A DNA stretch of 22,833 nucleotides from Catajapyx aquilonaris (lineage: Eukaryota), in NCBI GenBank assembly GCA_000934665.2, contig JYFJ02001286.1, forward strand, positions 62,001 to 84,833, read 5' to 3'. Under the pieces are notes generated by a model. The model had not been told where the DNA came from. It ran no database searches and saw only the letters and a program-made list of their open reading frames with translations. Below, piece by piece: positions 21,537 through 22,833 of this stretch. The translations under genes and the position numbers were made by a program. The stretch's first letter is position 1, and every line of letters begins with the position of its first letter.

Positions 21537-22267
21537 GCGGGCTGTGCGATATCCGAAATTGCATATCGACTTTCGATACTCAAAAAATATCGCATCGAAG
21601 TCGATATATCGAAAATCGAAAAACCGACATCGTAAACAGACATCGAAAATCGCGATCGAACTTATCTCATATCCACATCGACATCGCAAGTGGGAGCGGA
21701 AATCGAAGGAGAGGTACCTAATGACAAATGACTAGATTAGAATTCACTTGTAGTCTTAGTGTCCTACTATGAAATACGTAGTATGATAGCATTCATAGCA
21801 TCATAAAGCATAACTGAAGAAGTACCAACCAATGCAATGGTGTTTCTTATGCTCTCCCAAAAGGCCAAAACCGGGGTGGGGGTGCTCCGCCGCGTCGTCT
21901 GTGGTCAGTTTAATATTTATTCACAAACTAATTTATAATTAAATCGAATCGGAAAAGTCGGACAAAGACGATGGAAACATATGCGCATGTCAAAGTACCG
22001 GTACCACACTACCACTCAACTATAGTTGCGTTGAATTATAATAATTCATGTTGCAATAAAGCGGCACAGATCGTAAATCGGACTTGAAAATCGCGATCGA
22101 AAGATATCGCAAACGGACATCGAAAAATATCACAGACAGACATCGAACCGACATCGAAAAATCGCGATATGCGATACATCGCACATGGCAAGCGTCGGAT
22201 ATCACAACTTCTATATTAGGAAAATATCGCATCGACAGTCGATGTATCGAAATATCGCACAGCCATA
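21537..22267. mobile_element. hAT-type MITE
   Basis: TIR core GGCTGTGCGATAT (21540-21552) / ATATCGCACAGCC (22252-22264). Near-perfect 8-bp TSD CTTAAAGA (21529-21536) / CTTAAAGG (22268-22275). Dense subterminal ATATCG/ACATCG/ATCGAA repeats at both ends around an AT-rich core. Confidence 0.8.
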
Positions 22268-22362
22268 CTTAAAGGCATTACATAAATTGGCATCATTAAG
22301 CATTTAAGCAGCATCGTGTGGCATGCATCCCCTTGAATGAATGAATGAGTACCGCTCTGCTG

Positions 22363-22557
22363 CTTGGCCTCAGCAGCATCCGAGGCCTTGACAAAGGTCC
22401 TCTTGAGCCTGTCCTTCCTCTTCTCCCGAAACGGCTCCACAACCCCCTTGGACAGCTCCGCCACTTGCTTCATAACATCAGGGTGGTAACGACACCCAAG
22501 AAACTCCACATTGGCAAACACTTGCACCAAGGAGACCAACTTTGCTTCAGGGAACTT
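22363..22557 (-). pseudogene. XRN2-binding domain (XTBD; PAXT-1/CDKN2AIP/NKRF family) gene fragment or isolated exon
   Basis: KFPEAKLVSLVQVFANVEFLGCRYHPDVMKQVAELSKGVVEPFREKRKDRLKRTFVKASDAAEAK matches the C-terminal half of XTBD (the AN..LGC.Y motif) plus the RTFV.ASDAA tail I recall from arthropod members. The N-terminal ESxxHWxxRxxF part is absent, the splice signals are weak, and the ORF runs on into the hAT MITE. Confidence 0.7.
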
Positions 22558-22756
22558 AAATAACTGGGGTAGTGCTTTCACCCCCAACTGGGGGTATATC
22601 ACACGTTCCTTTATTTTTGTTATTATTTTATTATTGTACAGTAGCTGGTGCAGGGACAGGGTAGGGATAGGAGGGAGGGACACTGGTGCATGTGCAATGT
22701 CTCAAGTTGGGGGTCGTGTGCAGTCCCTCAGGGGGTCCGTTCGCCATAGATGGCCC

Positions 22757-22833
22757 CAGTGGCGGAACTTCAAATTCTGGGCCCCCCTGCAAGAAGTTGT
22801 TGTGGACCCCCCCCCCTCCCCTCCCCATTAAAT
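22757..22833. mobile_element. Possible left end of another hAT-like MITE (truncated by window)
   Basis: CAGTGGCGGAACT followed by GGGCCCCCC and C-runs, typical of short hAT non-autonomous termini. The other end is not visible. Confidence 0.35.

Noticed and set aside
21453..22272. R/I/D/S-rich ORFs; possible CRISPR-like or iteron array
   Set aside because: They derive from irregular ATCG-type subterminal repeats of the hAT MITE. There is no constant repeat-spacer period and the context is eukaryotic.

Overview
Eukaryotic (metazoan, probably protostome invertebrate) genomic DNA, not prokaryotic; most ORFs in the track are spurious. Positions 1-~7330 hold the 3' end of a + strand Roundabout (Robo)-family gene. 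Three exons (1158-1405, 2324-2528, 4956-5227) join in frame through GT-AG introns and encode the cytoplasmic tail; a possible further exon ends at 48, and the 3'UTR is ~2.1 kb. The introns carry Harbinger-, Tc1/mariner- and piggyBac-type MITEs and a full-length tRNA-derived SINE with a 10-bp TSD. CpG is depleted over the gene and recovers sharply after the AATAAA at 7304, consistent with gene-body methylation. ~7340-16900 is non-coding with no element I can delimit. 16900-22833 contains a non-autonomous Helitron whose internal hairpin loop occurs in both flip and flop orientations, a small MITE, a 636-bp foldback element, a CRE/ETS/CCAAT/YY1 promoter with a probable first exon, a hAT-type MITE, and a minus-strand fragment of an XRN2-binding-domain (XTBD; PAXT-1/CDKN2AIP/NKRF family) gene. 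No new protein-coding system can be demonstrated; the best leads are structural. All family assignments are by eye and from memory of the families, and no searches were run.
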